64,000 nucleotides of DNA, from positions 9,486,001 through 9,550,000 of the forward strand of contig NC_058368.1 in the NCBI RefSeq assembly GCF_018350175.1, given 5' to 3'. The DNA comes from Felis catus (Eukaryota). The stretch's first letter is position 1. The number at the start of each line of letters is the position of its first letter. The notes under the pieces are model-generated. The model was not told the origin of the DNA. It saw only the letters and a list, made by a program, of their open reading frames with translations, and did not search any database. The position numbers were made by a program, and so were the translations under genes. Positions 27,899 to 43,297 of this stretch are shown here, one piece after another.

Positions 27899-28054
27899 AA
27901 TAAAATTTAAATAGAGTGGGAAAGGGAGAAAACCTGGAAATGGGAGTACCATAAATAACGACATGGAAGTAGAAAGAAGCACATATATATACCAGAGGCG
28001 GGGAGGGAGGATGTTAAGTAGAAGAGTACAAAAGAGGACTGAGAAACACAAATA

Positions 28055-28207
28055 GACAGATATAAATAAGATAATAAATAAATAATAAATAAGATATAAA
28101 TAAGATAATAAATAAATAAATAAAAATAAATAAATATAAATAAGACATATAAATAAGACAGATAAGAACTTATGGTAAACACACACACACACACACGCAC
28201 ACGCACA
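28055..28207. repeat. AT-rich (ATAA)-type low-complexity tract followed by (CA)n
   Basis: Directly visible. Confidence 0.9.
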
Positions 28208-28459
28208 ACTAAACAAAGAACTCTGACCCTGATGTGATGGAAAATTAGACTCCGCTCTAAGAGACTCTATGATGCTTTAATGATTTCGGGAGGTTATTCT
28301 AAAAGCAAAATATAATTAAATGAAAGGGGCTGAAAAAGGGAGTTCATTAAGCTGATCAGGCGGTTGCTGCCATAACTTAGATGCATAAAGTGAAGGGAGA
28401 GACTTATTACGTAAGGCCAAGCTCCCCCTGGGCCTGCTGTTTTGCCTTTTGTTAACTAC

Positions 28460-28800
28460 GGCAGGTCGTACTTCCCAGGATGGCTGCGAGAGTCTCTCTC
28501 ATCCCACACACGCTTCGGCGGTGCGGTCTTGACGCTCTCCCACCCAGAGGTAGTCTAATTCCCACCTCTTGAAAATGGGTGGGCTTGTAAATGCTTCAAC
28601 CCAGGGTACAGGAGAAGTGACACTATATGACCTGTAAGGCTAGGTTATAAAAAGCGACGCCCCTAGCGGAACGTCTGGAGCCACGGCCACCACGTATGAA
28701 ATCGGACTGTCTTGAAGCCACCGCGCCCGAAGCAGCCTGGGCCAATGGAATGACCAGAGACAACTTGAAAGTACTCCAGCAAGACAGCTCCAGCCGGGGC
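28460..28800 (+). mobile_element. Degenerate MaLR LTR fragment (MLT1-like)
   Basis: Phrases such as gaagtgacactatatgacc...ggctaggttataaaaag. Confidence 0.6.
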
Positions 28801-29220
28801 CTCCAGGTGGCTTTGGTATTATCTAGTCTTATTGTTTTACTTTTCGCCTTTTCCAACTAAAAATTTACTTTCATAGGTTGCTTGTGTTCATAAAATGTCC
28901 TCCAACTTCTTTTTACTTTCATATAATCTCTTCTTCCCATTAATTTTACCCTAGATTGCTACATCATTCTTTCAGATCTTTCCACATGTTGCTGTTTTGT
29001 CTATTCCAGACCCTTCTATCCTACCAGATGCTTCAGCCACAAGAGCTATCTATCTATTCGTTTTCAAGCAACCACACCTTTGTTTCTGTTTTTCTCTCTT
29101 TTTTTTCTTTCTGTTTTTCTCTTTGGAAATGAGTGAAAATGCCACTTCCTCCATGAAGTCTCCCAAAGCACCTCAGTCAGAATTTATCATTCCTCATTCT
29201 CCACTCCGAAGTACCATGGA

Positions 29221-29389
29221 CCAGAGCGGGGGATGGGTTAAATAGGTGATGGGGATTAAGGAGGGCACTTGTGATGAGCACCGGGTGTTGTATGGAAGTG
29301 ATGAATCACCGTATCGTACACCTGAAACTAATATTACACTCTATATTACCCAACTGGAATTTAAACAAAAACTTTAAAAAGAAAAGGAA
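29221..29389 (+). mobile_element. 5'-truncated carnivore L1 (3' end only)
   Basis: L1 3'-end text (cacctgaaactaatattacact...ggaatttaaacaaaaac), A tail, TSD aagtacca(t/c)gga at 29209-29220 and 29390-29401. Confidence 0.85.
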
Positions 29390-30952
29390 AAGTACCACGG
29401 AGAACAATGGCACCACATGTTACACTGTTTTCCCTGCAGTTAGGTTAAGTGTATGCCTACTTTCCAACTACAAAGTGAGTTCTCTAAGGATGAGGCCTGT
29501 CCATTACTTATCTTTATATTCCCACAGAACCCAATAAATGTCTTTCTAATAGCAAAGAGCTACATAAACACCTACTGAATTAATACAGATGAAAGAAAAA
29601 GAGTGGAGTTCTAATTACGATGATCTGTTTGGATGCACTTTACGAGAAAGCGATTTCTCAAGTTCCGTGGTCACAGGTACAGACCTTCAGACTAGTCATG
29701 AGCAGACAGAAGCACTCAAAAGTGATTACCTATAATGGATATAACGTTTCCATAAGGGAAAACAAGTTTAGAAGAAAACCCTTCAGTCAGCCAAATCTAT
29801 TTTCTTCTCCAATATTTCAAGGAAAGCTAAGTTCCTACCTTTGTATCATAAAGTATGTGTTTCTCCCCAACACCTAAGTTCTCCTTAGCAGTTTATAAAA
29901 TTGCTACCATCAACTATTTTTCTAGTTACATTTTTTCCTCCCTATCATGGTAAATTAAAGTTCAAAGTACAAAAGTTTAAATGGTGTCAGTTCAAGTAGT
30001 AAAACTTTTATTTTCCCCCATTAGCATTAATTTCTTATTTATAATCATTGTATACAGTAGTAAAGTTGAAACTCATTTCATACAAATATACTAGATAGCA
30101 TAGAGAGATTTGTTTTAGAAAACAAAGAAGAGTAAAAAGAGGAACAAAGAGAAAGTAAAGAAACAGTAAATCAGAAAGTGTAACAAACCACTCAAATTTC
30201 AAAATTTCATGCGGCTAACATGAGAGCGAGCCAGGCACTAAGGAGCTGATTCTGGGAGGTGTAATATTCCAGAACAGCTTCCAGGTTCTAAATTGAACCA
30301 CTTCCATTAGTGCTTTAAATAAGTTTCTTATTATTGTAAATTCAACTAGTAATTTAAGCATGTTTTAAGAAAAAGAACATTTTTCTTTTTAAGTAACAAG
30401 ATTATTAGAATTAATGATATATACATAGTAGCAGGCAGGAAAGACAATGCGAGATGGAATCGGTGAGCCAATTAATTACACCATAGAGCTTGGAGATCTA
30501 GTCACAAAAGTGAGTAAGGAAGATGTTATAAAAATTAAGTTCCAAAAGTCATAGGTGAGGCTTCCACTTCTGATCATCAGGGAGAAACTGGTACCAGACT
30601 TGTCTTTTTATGGTAAGCAAATATAAAACAAAAGAGAAGAGGCAACTTTTTTCATGCATTAGCCAAGAGACAGCAAGTAACTGTAAATTGGCTTTTTCTT
30701 AAGTTCTGCCAAAAATTTGAGTGCCTGCTGGAATAAAATTCAGTACCCTTCAAAGAAAAACAACATGATCCAGACTCTCCACAGTGTAAAATATACAATA
30801 AAAATTACTGAGCATGTGAAGAAACAGAAAAGGTGACCCCACGGTCAAGAAAATTAAAAAGCAGCCAATACAAACTGTGTTCCACATATAAGAATTAGCT
30901 GACAAAAACTATAAAGCAGCATATCAATGATCTATTTCCTTATTTTTACAAT

Positions 30953-31162
30953 ATTTTTTAATGTTTATTTTTTGAGAGAGAGAGAGACACAGAGTACGAG
31001 TGGAGGAGGGGCAGAGAGAGAGGGAGACACAGAATCGGAAGCAGGCTCCAGGCTCCGAGCTGCCAGCACAGAGCCCAACGCAGGGCTTGAACTCATGAAC
31101 TGAGAGATCATGACCTGAGCCAGAGTTGGAAGCTCAACCGACTGAGCCACTAGGTGTCCCCC
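30953..31162 (-). mobile_element. CAN-SINE
   Basis: Reverse-complement SINE body with (GA)n and T-rich tail. Confidence 0.92.
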
Positions 31163-31291
31163 AATTATCTATTTCTGAATAAAAAAGTTACACTAAAGCA
31201 TGGTGGCCTAAAATAACAATTTATTACCTTCATAGGTTCTGTGCATCGGGAATTTGGGAGAAGCTTAGCTAGAAAGCTCTAGCTTAGGGCC

Positions 31292-31704
31292 TATGATGGC
31301 TAATTTTATGTGAACTTGGCTGGGCCACTGTGTCAGATATTTTGTCAAACATTATTCTAGATGTTCCTGTAAAGATGTTTTTGTATGATGTTAGTATTTA
31401 AATCAGTGGATTCAGTCAAGCAGACTGCCCTCCATAATGCAGATGGGCCACATCTAATCAGTTGAAGGCCTGAACAGAACAAAAGCCAGACCTGCCCAGA
31501 GCAAGAGGGAACTGTGCCCAGAAAGGGCCTTCAGACTTTAATTGTGACATCAACTCTACCCTGAGTCTCCAGCCTGCCAGCCTACCCTGAAGATTTTAAA
31601 CTTGACAGTCTCTGTAATTCCATGAGCTAGTTCATTAAAACAAATCTGTCTCTTTATACACATGTTCTATTGGTTCTGTTTCTCTAGAGACCCTGACTAA
31701 TACA
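31292..31704 (+). mobile_element. ERVL solo LTR (MLT2-like) nested in an older MaLR LTR (~31165-32060)
   Basis: Starts tatgatggctaattttatgtg, ends ctagagaccctgactaataca; TSD ggg(c/a)c. Confidence 0.85.
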
Positions 31705-33934
31705 GGGACTCTCACGAAATTTCAGTCAAGGTACAGGCCAGGCCTACAGTCATCCAAAGGCAGCTAACTCACATAACAGAAAAGCTGGTGTTGGCTCTTG
31801 GTGGGACATGTTAGTTCCTTCTCACATGGGCTTCTCCACAGGCTCTTTGAATTCATGGTGTGGCAGCTGACCTCCCCAAAAGCATATAATCTGAAAGAGG
31901 GAGAGCCAGGCAGAAACTATCCTTTTTATGATCTGGCCTTGGAAGTCATATATAGATAGCATCATTCTGCCATATTCTATTCCTTAGAGACAAATCACTA
32001 AATCCAAACCATTTTCAAAGGGAGGGAAGGAAGTTCCACCTTTTGAAAGGAAAAATCTCAAAGAATTAAAGGAAGAGATGGACAAAATGGATGAAGAGAT
32101 GAGGAATCCCAGCAAAATAATGGAGACTATAAAAAATAACCAAATGGAAATGCTAGATTTACAAAATATATCTGAAATGAAAAATTCACTGGACAAGATT
32201 GAAAGCAGATTAGGCAATGGCAGAAGAAAGTGTCAATGATCGTGAATATAAATGAACAGAAATTATCCATCTGAATAAGACTGAAAAAAAATGTAAGAGA
32301 GTCCCAGTGACCTATGAAACAATATCAAAGTCCAACACACATATAGGATAAGTAAAAGGAAAACTCCACAGAGGTACATCATAGTAAAACTGCTGAAAAC
32401 AAGAAGATAAACAGAATCTCTTAAAAACAACCAGAGGACAACCACTTAAGAAAATCCAACCCGTTGTCTATAGTTAAACATATAGTACCACATGACCCAG
32501 TTATTTCACTGGTAGGTATTTATCCAAAAGAAATGAAAACACGTCCACACAAAGAATTGAACATGAATGTTGACAGCAGCTTTATTTACAACAGTCTCAA
32601 AACAGAAACCACGCAATGTCCATCAATAAGAGAATGGATAAATAATCTGTAATATGGCCATAAAAGGAAATACTACTCACCAGTAAAAAAAATAACATTG
32701 ATAAATCCCGAAACAATTATGCTGAAGAAGACAGTCCAAAATAATTCATACTGTATGATCCTACTTATGAAATTCAAAATTATAATGGCAAAGATCAGAT
32801 CAGTGGTTGCCTGAGGTAGAAGGTGTTGGGAAGAAAGAAGAACAGACAAAGGGGCACAAGAAATCCTATCATAATGAAAGATACGTTCTGTACCCTGATT
32901 GGGGTATGGTTTCACGCTGTATACAACTGTCAACACCATCACACTGTAAGTGGATAAAGTTTATTACATATAAATCATTCTTTGATAAAGCTGATTTTGA
33001 AAAACAATAGCCAGGAGGGAAAAACACATTATATATACAATGAGATGAATGAAAGTTAACCTCACAGCAAAAAGCAGTGGAGGCCAGAAGATGACAAAAT
33101 GATATCCTCATAAGTGATGAAAGAAAAAAACAAAACAAAACAACTTCCCAACCCAGAATTATTTATCGATCAAGAATATCCTTCAGAAATAAGGGTGAAA
33201 TAAAGACATTTCAGATAACAAAAACTGAACTTGATGCTGGCAGACCTTAAACCAGAAGAAATGTTACAGAAAGTTTTCCAGACAAATGGGAGATAGACCC
33301 AGATGAAAATCTGGACCTTAAAAAAGAAAAGCAGAGCAGCGGGGGTGTTAAATATGTACGTAAATGAGAAACACTACTTTTTTGTGCTCCTCTTAAGTTT
33401 AAACTGACAATTTAAATCTCATTATATTGTGGGATCTACAATGAATGTAGGTGTAAAATACATGACAAAACAGCACAAAGGCAGAGGGAGGCAAACAGTT
33501 ATTATATTTTACATGAAGTGGTACAGTATTAGCTTTAAATTGACTGTGAGAAGTTACAGGTACATATTATAATCCCTAGATTAACTGCTAAAAAAATAGG
33601 TACAGGTAAAAAAATCCAATAAAGGAATTGAAGTGTATAAAAAAATCAATTATCAAAAGAAATTAGGAAAAGAGGTACAGAGAAACAAACAAAATGGCAC
33701 ACTTAAACATAACCATATCAATAATTACATTATACTTAAATGGACTAAATACTCCAATTAAAAAACAGAGACAAACTAGATAAATAGCAAGACCCAACGA
33801 TATGCTGTCTACCAGAACTACACTGTAAAAATAAGGACAGGGTGAAAATTAAAGAAGAAAGCAGATATATCATACAAACAGTAAGCAGAAGAAAGATGGT
33901 GAGGCTGTATTAATATCAAAGTAAACATCAAGCT

Positions 33935-34128
33935 GGGGTGTCTGGGGGGCTCAGTTGGTTAAGCATCCAACTTGATTCAGGTCATAATCTCACGGTTTGT
34001 GAGTTCAAACCCTGCATCGGGTTCTCTGCTGTCAGCATAGAACCCACCGCAAATCCTGTCTCCCTCTCTCTCTCTGCCCCTCCCTTGCTTACTCTCTTTC
34101 TCACTCTCTTTAATAAACATTAAAAAAA
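33935..34128 (+). mobile_element. CAN-SINE
   Basis: TSD aaagt(a/t)aacatcaagc. Confidence 0.9.
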
Positions 34129-36082
34129 AAGTTAACATCAAGCCAAAGAGGATGTAACCAGAGACAGAGATATTTTATAACGGTAGAAAGACAAAGAAGG
34201 TATAACAACGATAACTATCTATGTACCTAATGACAGAACTTCAAAATGCATAAAGCAAAAATTGAGAGAATTAGGGCAAACAGTTATAAACAAATTCACA
34301 ATCATATTTGAAAAGTTTAACAACCCATTCTCAGTAATTGATAAAAAAAAACTAGAGTAAAAACGTCAGTAAGAATCTAGAAGATTTGAACAATACTATC
34401 ACACTAACTTGATCTGACCAACAATTACAGAATATTGTAATCAACAAACACAGAACAACATTCTATTTAATCGCAACTAAAACATGTCACCAAGAAAGAC
34501 TATATGTTGAATTACAAAATAAATTCAATACAATTTAAAAATTGACATTCTACAGAGTAGTTCTTGACTATAATGGAACTGAATTAAAAATCAACAAGAA
34601 GATATCTAGAGAATCCTCACATATTTGGACAGTAAACCACAAACTTCTAAATAACCCAAGAGTCAAAGAAAACAAAACAAACAAACAAAAAAGGACAATT
34701 AGAAAATATTTCTAACTGAATAAAGACAATATGCTATAGCAAAATCTGTGGGATAAAGCCAAAGTGGTGCACAAAGAGAAATTTATAGCTGTAAATATTT
34801 ATACTAAAAAAAGAAGAAAGGTTTAAAATCAATAGCATAAATTTCTACCTTTGGAAAGAGAAAATTAAAGTACAATGGAGAAATGATAAAAATAAGAGAA
34901 AAAAATCAATGACATAGGAAACAGAAAAATTGCAAAGCAAAATATTGAGTTTTTAAAAGATTAATAACATTGATAAATCTCTAGAGCAAGATGATCAAGA
35001 ATAATAGAGATAAAACACAAATGACCCATTTTAGGAATGAAAACTGAGCCATTACTATAGACCCTACAGACAATAAAAGGAAAATTAGGTGTACAGATTT
35101 GTATTATGTCAACTTAAGCAAAGCTGTAATTTCATTTCCTAGAATTCTCCTCACTGAATAGTTCTGATTCAGTGTGCACCACATAAGTCATTATGGGTGA
35201 AATTTAAAAGGCAGAAATGAATCAACTCAGAAAATGAGTTCAGAATATGAAGTGCATTTGCAGCTCAAGCATACTGTCACTTATCTGCCGGCTCTGCCCT
35301 GCTAGGGCAGATTTCTTCCTTCAGCATTTTTGACTCCTTAGCCAGGTGTATATTTAATACTGTTACAAACAGTGCCAGCTTCTTCAATAGGACATCCCAG
35401 TCATCAAAGTTGGAAGTCTTAGAGGCAATGAGAGCCCAGCATGGGTTCCAGTATGTCCCCATGGGGTCCCAGCTCATCCCCAGAGGTTATAATTTGTCTT
35501 TCTTTCCACCACTTCATCTTGTCTTCCTGACTGCTCTCGCTACTGACTTGAGGCTCCAGAACCAGACGTGAAATCAACAGCCTCACATAAACCCTTTAGT
35601 CAGCTTGCACATTTGTATTAGGTCAAATCCCAATAAATTTGGCAAATTAGAAGAAATGGACAAATTCTTTTCAAGACAAGGTATCAAAACTTAAGAAAAA
35701 TCAGATAACCTAATTAGACAGCCTTATACTTATTTAAGTCAATGGAATAGAACAGAGAACTGAGAAATAGACCCACAAATACACAGAAAAATAATTTTCA
35801 ACAAAGGTGCCAAACTAACTAAATGTAAAAAGAAAACTCCTTTCAACAAATGGTGCTTGGAACAACTCGATATATATTTGAAAAAAATGAAACTCAACCT
35901 CTAAGCGATACTATCCACATGAAATTACTTCAAGATGGACCACAGATTTAACTATAGTTTCTAAAAGAAAAATAGGAGAAAACCTTTGCCCCTTGGAGTA
36001 AACAAAGATTTCTTAAGACACAAAAAGTGCTATCTGTAAAGGAAAAGCTTAACAAGAAGACCATCAAAATTAAAGCTTTTCC

Positions 36083-36500
36083 GAGGTACCTGGGTGGCTC
36101 ATTCAATGAAGTGCTCAGCTCTTTGTTTTAGCTCAGGTCATGATCTCACGGTTCATGGGTTCAAGCTCCGCATTGGGCTCTGCGCTGATAGTGCAGAGAC
36201 TGCTTGGGATCCTCTCTCTCCCTTTCTCTCTCTCTGCCCCTGCCCTGCTCATTCTCTCTCTCTCTCTCAAAATAAACAAATAGGGGTGCCTGGGTGGCTC
36301 AGTCAGTTAAGCATCTGACTCTTGGTTTCTGCTCAGGTCATGATCTCACAGTTTGTGAGTTTGAGCCCCGCACTGGGCTCAGAGCTAATGGTGCAGAGCC
36401 TGCTTGGGATTCTCTCTCTCTCCCTGTCTCTGCCCCTCTCCTGATCATGCTCTCTCTCTCCTTCTCTCTCTCTCTCTCAAAATAAATAAACTTAAATAAC
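36083..36500 (+). mobile_element. Two tandem CAN-SINEs (36083-36281, 36283-36500)
   Basis: Second head begins in the A-rich tail of the first. Confidence 0.9.
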
Positions 36501-37588
36501 TAATTAAAACTTTCCTTATCAATAGACACCATAAAGAAAATTGAAAGGCAAACCACACTGGAAGAAAATGTTCATGATGTATATATCTGATAAAGAACTA
36601 CACAGCATTAATAGAACAACAAATAAACCAATTAAAAACTGAGCAAAGGACTTGAAAAGACACTGCACAAAAGATATACCAATGACCAACAGGCCCATGA
36701 AAAGGCACTCCACATCATAAGTCATTAGAGAAACACAAATTAAAACCATAATTAGAGTATTTCAGACTAGTTAGGAGGACTAAAATTAAAATACCGACCA
36801 TACCAAATGTTGGCAAGGATGTGGAAACACTAGAATTCTCGTTGGTTGATGGTGAAAGAGTAAAATGGTACAACCACTTGGGAAAAGTTTGAGTATTATA
36901 AAGTTAAACATATACATATCTACCCTGGGACCCACCTGTTCTATTCTTAGCTATAGTACCCAACAGAATCCAAAACACTCATCCACAAAAAGATTTGCAC
37001 AAGAATTATTTACACCTTCATTCATAATAGCTCTAAACTAGACATAACTCAAATGTTCAACCAAAAAAGGAATACATAAATTGTGGCATAATCATATCAG
37101 GAATATACCAGTACACGTAACCATGTGGATGAATCTCAAAACATTATGGTGCCTGAAAGTAACAGACACACAAGAGTACATACATATTACGATTCCATTC
37201 ATGTGAAGTTTAATAATAGGTAAAATTCATCTACGGTGACAAAAACCAGGAAAGGTAATGCCAATTAAGGGTTTGAATTAACTGGTAGGGGGCACATAGA
37301 AACTTCCTGGGTGCAGAAATATCCTACATCTTCAGTAGGGTACCGATTAAATGGGAATATTCATTTGTCAAAACTCACCAGAATACACACTTAAGATTTA
37401 AATTTTATCTCAATTTTATGTAAATTTTATTTCAATATAAAAAGAAAAAAATTCACTTATGAAAATTTCAACAGTCTTCAATAGGATGAAATTATATTTT
37501 TCGGAGCAGCATATTTTGAAGAAAATCCCAAGAGAACTTTATTTTTAATCACTTAAGATTTAATGAGGACTGTAAAAGTAAAAATTCA

Positions 37589-37798
37589 GGGGCGCCTGGG
37601 TGGCTCAGCTGGTTAAGCGTCCAACTCCGGCTCAGGTCCTGATCTCAGTTAGTGAGTTTGAGCCCCACACTGGGCTCTCTATTATCAGCTCGGAGTCCAC
37701 TTCAGATCCTCTGTCCCCCTCTATCTCTCCCCTTCCACCCCCCCCTTGCATGTGCATGCAAACTCTCTCTCTCAAAAATTAACATTCAAAAAAAAAAA
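37589..37798 (+). mobile_element. CAN-SINE
   Basis: Typical head; TSD aaaagtaaaaatt. Confidence 0.9.
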
Positions 37799-37930
37799 AG
37801 TAAAAATTTAGATATCCTATCAAATTTATTAACACGAATACTGCTCTGAAATGTAAGGAGCTCAACAGAGAACTACTGTGGCCTCTCTTTCCACTTAAGA
37901 CCAATTGGTTTTGTGATACTACAACCTTTA

Positions 37931-38194
<264 letters not shown>

Positions 38195-38892
38195 TTACTG
38201 TTCCTTATTCTTTCATTCAACTCACATCTCTAAGCATCAGCCACAGGCTTCGTCATAGGCTCAATGACGGAAATAATGCAGTCCTTCTGACCTCTGTATG
38301 GTGGCAGAACCAGACACATCAACAGATGTAACAACAACAACAAAACAAGGAGGTAACGATTTACATCATCTAATCCAATAAGAAAAATATTTTTTTCTGT
38401 AAGAAAATGAATATAGATTTAATTTGCTCTGAAAAGAAAAGGCATGGGAGATTATGCTGTTTTCTTCCTTATTTTTTTAAATCATGAAGTTCCTCAAAAA
38501 AAAAAATTATTTTAGTTGTCAGTCTAATTTATTTTCTCAAGAATAAAAAGGTTCACATCTACTAATGTACTAGCGTGCAATCATAACATTTGTTGCAGGT
38601 TATATACCGCAACAATTTTATCCTTCAAACTTCTAAGTGGCTTGTTAAAAATCAACAAAAAATTTGAGAATAAACCTAATAGTCACTACTGAAAATAGCA
38701 TTTCTTTTTATACCAAACAAAATATATGCACATTGAGTCTACTTTTTCAGAATTAAAATTTTAGAATAAGAAGCTTCAGATTACACAATGGCAACTCTGG
38801 AAAATGTTCAAAAAAAAAAAACATCAAAAACTCCACAAAGTTATTGATAAGAGTTTCTAGTTGTAGCCTGGCATAACAAAGTAGAGAATTTA

Positions 38893-39115
38893 TTTTTTTT
38901 TTAATTTTTTTTAATGTTTATTTCTTTTTGAGAGAGAGAGAGAGAGACACGTGAGTGGGGAGGGGCAGAGGGAGAGGGAGGCACAGAATCTGAAGCAGGC
39001 TCCTGGCTCCGAGCTGTCAGCACAAAGTCCAATGCAGGGCTCCAACCCACGAACCATGAGATCGTGACCTGAGCCGAAGTCAGACATTTAACCGAATGAG
39101 CCACCCAGGCGCCCC
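38893..39115 (-). mobile_element. CAN-SINE
   Basis: Reverse-complement body; TSD-like acaaagtag(a/t)gaattta. Confidence 0.92.
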
Positions 39116-39219
39116 ACAAAGTAGTGAATTTAAAGCAACCCAGTTCAATACGGTATTTGCTTAATAAATTATTACTAAACTCCTGATTCAACCATTGCCA
39201 CAAAGAATCAAGCTCTCCA

Positions 39220-39413
39220 GGCTGCCTGTGTGGCTTAGTTGTTAAGTATCTGACTTTGACTCAGGTTATGATCTCATAGTTTGTGAGTTCGAGCCCCACA
39301 CTGGGTGAGCTCAAGACCTGCTTGGGTAGCCCCGCTTCTCTCTCTCTTCTTCTCCCTCTATCTTTCTATCTGCCCCTCCTGGGATTTTCTCTCTGCCCTT
39401 CACTCACTTGTGC

Positions 39414-39467
<54 letters not shown>

Positions 39468-39484
39468 AAAAAAAAAAAAAAAAA

Positions 39485-39540
<56 letters not shown>

Positions 39541-39543
39541 AAA
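39220..39543 (+). mobile_element. Divergent CAN-SINE with expanded (CT)n and (GAAA)n tail
   Basis: TSD aatcaagct(c/a)tcca; (CT)n ~39419-39466; (GAAA)n ~39487-39543. Confidence 0.88.
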
Positions 39544-40135
39544 AGTAATCAAGCTATCCAACTAATCAGCAACAGAACGGTAGTCACAAATACCCCTCGA
39601 TGAAATTCAGCTAAATTTATATTCAGTGATATTTTTAAAACATCTAATAGGTTTCCTCTAGATCCCTCCCCAAAAATATAACATACTCACTCTTTTCTTT
39701 CATACTTCAGCAGAAATTAAAATGATAAACGTTTTGAGGGGAGGACTTGTACTACATTGTTTTATGTCTCTTACAGTGCCTGGCACCATATAGAACACAC
39801 ACTACAAGTATTCAGTAAGTATCTATAGCTGGTGTATAACCTTATTTGTTTTGAAACAGCACATTCTGGATATTAACCCATTTTTCATATACCACACAAC
39901 TACCAGAATAATAAACCTCTAAAAGAAGGCTCTGGCCCATCACTCTCTTCCTTCACTGACATTCCTTTGTCTGAAAAACTTCTGCCAAAGCTTCAAAGCC
40001 CAACTCAGCTATTCCCTTCCGTGATTCCCTTAGTCTGGGTGGCACCTTTCCTACTGTGTTTTCACGACACCCAGAGGTCAGTTCTACCACACAACTTATA
40101 ATGTATTGTTAAGTTGCCTGCTTCCCAACTAGACC

Positions 40136-40201
40136 AGTGGTTCTACTTTCTGGTTTCATGCTCCTTTTATTTTTTTTAAGTTTATTTATTTATTTTGAGA
40201 C

Positions 40202-40234
<33 letters not shown>

Positions 40235-40863
40235 GAATCCCAAGCAGGCTCCGAGCTGTCAGCACAGAGCCTGCCCGACGCAGGGCTCGAACCCATGAAC
40301 CGTGAGATCACGACCTAAGCTGAAATCGAGAGTCAGACATTTAACCAACTGCGCCACTCAGGCGCCCCTCAGGCGCCTTTTACACTCTTAAAAATTATTG
40401 AGCTCCAAAGAGCTTCTGTCTGTGTGGAATATAACTATCAATATTTAGCATTAGAAATTAAAATGGAGAATTTTAAAAAATATTAATTCATTTTAATATA
40501 ATAATGACTCTGTTATTTGTTAATGTAAATACCATTTTATGAAAAATAACTATGATTTTTCAAAACCCAAAAGAAACCAGTAAGAAGAGTGGCATTTTCT
40601 TACATTTTTGTAAATCTCTTTAATGTCTGACTCAACAGAGAACAGCTGGACTCTCATATCTGCTTCTGCTTTCCACCTATTATGACATCCGAAATGTCTT
40701 GTAGTCTCTGAAAAACTACACTGTATTCTCGGGGAGAGAATGAGAATCAGAAAGAGCAAATAACGTCTTGATATTATCATGAAAATAGTTTAGCCTTTGC
40801 AGACCTTTTCAAAGGGTCTTAAAGGGGTCCTGGGGCCCCGGACCACATCTCCAGAACCTCTGC
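40136..40863. mobile_element. hAT-Charlie-type non-autonomous DNA transposon (MER119-like) with a SINE inserted
   Basis: Starts cagtggttct, ends agaacctctg (degenerate TIRs); internal tttacactcttaaaaattattgag phrase. Confidence 0.65.
40165..40368 (-). mobile_element. CAN-SINE
   Basis: Reverse-complement head ending ggcgcccc; (GA)n tract. Confidence 0.9.
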
Positions 40864-41123
40864 TCTTAATAGTTAAGTCCTTGCAGACCATGACGTTCCT
40901 TTTCTTTGTAACTTCAGAACCTGAAATGGTACTTGATTCATGACAGGTATGCAAGAAGTGCTTTTCCTGAGTGCACGAACAAATGGGGGGGGGGGGGATG
41001 AACAAATGATCACAAATAAATTCGGGCTGCCTTCTAGTCCCTTCCCTGACAATGTCCACAATATGAATCTCCACAAAATTCAAAAAGGAAATATAATGGT
41101 TGGGTGACAGTAATTAAATATCA

Positions 41124-41438
<315 letters not shown>

Positions 41439-41909
41439 CTAAAAATAAAAGCTATATGGTTGGTGAAGGTAGCTGACATACATGGGGATTCATAATACTA
41501 TTATTTATACTTTCTGTATTTGAAAATTTCCAAAATACAAATCTTTTTAAAGACAAATTACCAATCACCATCCTCGAACATACATACTTTCTTAAATAAC
41601 TACCGCAAATCCCTTATGAAAAAGGAACAAACGTCAATGATAGATCAATTTGATTTTTAAAATATACATTACAAAATACTCTGCTCAACCAGCTCATTAG
41701 AAATACAGAAATATCAAACATACACAATTCCAAAGTGTCTTCAACCCTCACTGGAAAGGATGCTGAAGGGCCTTCTCTTATGTCACAGAGGAAAACACAC
41801 ATCAACTACTCCACAAAACCCACATCTTCCTCATGGGTCAAGAACTGTTCGACTATAAGTCCATTTGCCCTTTTAAAAACAGATCCCCAGGTGAATGGAT
41901 CTAGATTTA

Positions 41910-42191
<282 letters not shown>

Positions 42192-42412
42192 TCATCAGCT
42201 ATTGACATACATAAAAATTCCCATCAAAAGGTAAACCCAATTATCACAGTGAAATCATGGCGCATTTGATATGAGTATCATTTTACAGAGTAAAAAAAAA
42301 TGAGGACTGATTTCATAAAATGTCTCGAATCAGAGGTAGTCAGAAATGGGTGTTAAAACAAAAGGCCCAGACAAGAAGAAATCTTCTGATACATTTCGAA
42401 AGAACCTACCCA

Positions 42413-42630
42413 GGGGCACCTGGGTGGCTCAGTTGGTTAAGCGTCCAACTCTTGGTTTCGGCTCAGGTCATGATCTCACGGTTCACGAGTTTGAGCCACA
42501 CTCTGGGCTCTGTGCTGTCAGTGTGGAGTCTGCTTGGGTTTCTCTCTCTCTTAGTCTCTCTCTGGTCCTCCCCCACTCATACTCTCGCTCTCAAAATAAA
42601 CAAATAAATTAAAAAAAAAAAAAAAAAAAA
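42413..42630 (+). mobile_element. CAN-SINE
   Basis: TSD aaagaacc(t/g)accca. Confidence 0.92.
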
Positions 42631-43297
42631 AGAACCGACCCAATTTTCTTAAACGTGGAAGAAGATACGTACGTATAGTCTTGAGCACTGCTTAAGAATG
42701 ACTGCTCTATTTAAACATAAAATAAAACCTTTTCTACCACATCTGGTAGAATTACATATTCCTTGCCCTCCTAAGGGACAAAACCAATCTTCCACAATAC
42801 GTAATACACAGTTTTTAATCAAAACTAGATCCACTTATCAGTTAGTAAGGTAACTGAAATCTAGTGGCAATTCAAGCATAACCAATTTAGCTAGCAATTC
42901 GTCAGAGTAATGTGCTAGACAATAGTTTACATACGATAGTGTTACCGATGGAAGAGCCACTAAATATAACAGACTCAAAACTACATTTTAGTTACTTAAT
43001 ACCTTTGAAAACAAAACTATTCTGTAAAAATAAATCAATAAGGAGTAAAAATTATTCAAGAACACCAATCGTTTAGTGTTGAAGACTACTGGATTTTCAG
43101 ATACTTCCTATTTTCTTCTGACACTTTTAATGGGAGTGCAAATATATAGGTGACGCTACATTTCTTTCGTATAATAGTGGATGATCTTAATTCCTTCCCA
43201 TTTATTTGGCTTAATAAGCTGCTGGGGATTTACATTTTGAAAACTATGTGCACATAAAAGTTTCAGAAATTTAGAAACTGTCCAAACCCTTTTCTAG

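Larger units (their letters stand above)
30550..37440 (+). mobile_element. Large decayed L1 (ORF1, ORF2, 3' pieces) with multiple nested insertions
   Basis: L1 phrases throughout (ttaaatggactaaatactccaattaaaa, tatgtacctaatgacagaacttcaaaa, ttcaacaaatggtgcttggaacaac, accaaatgttggcaaggatgtggaa); no open frame; boundaries approximate. Confidence 0.8.

Noticed and set aside
27872..28216. Hydrophobic Tyr/Ile/Leu-rich ORFs resembling membrane proteins
   Set aside because: Produced by the (ATAA)n/(CA)n low-complexity tract.
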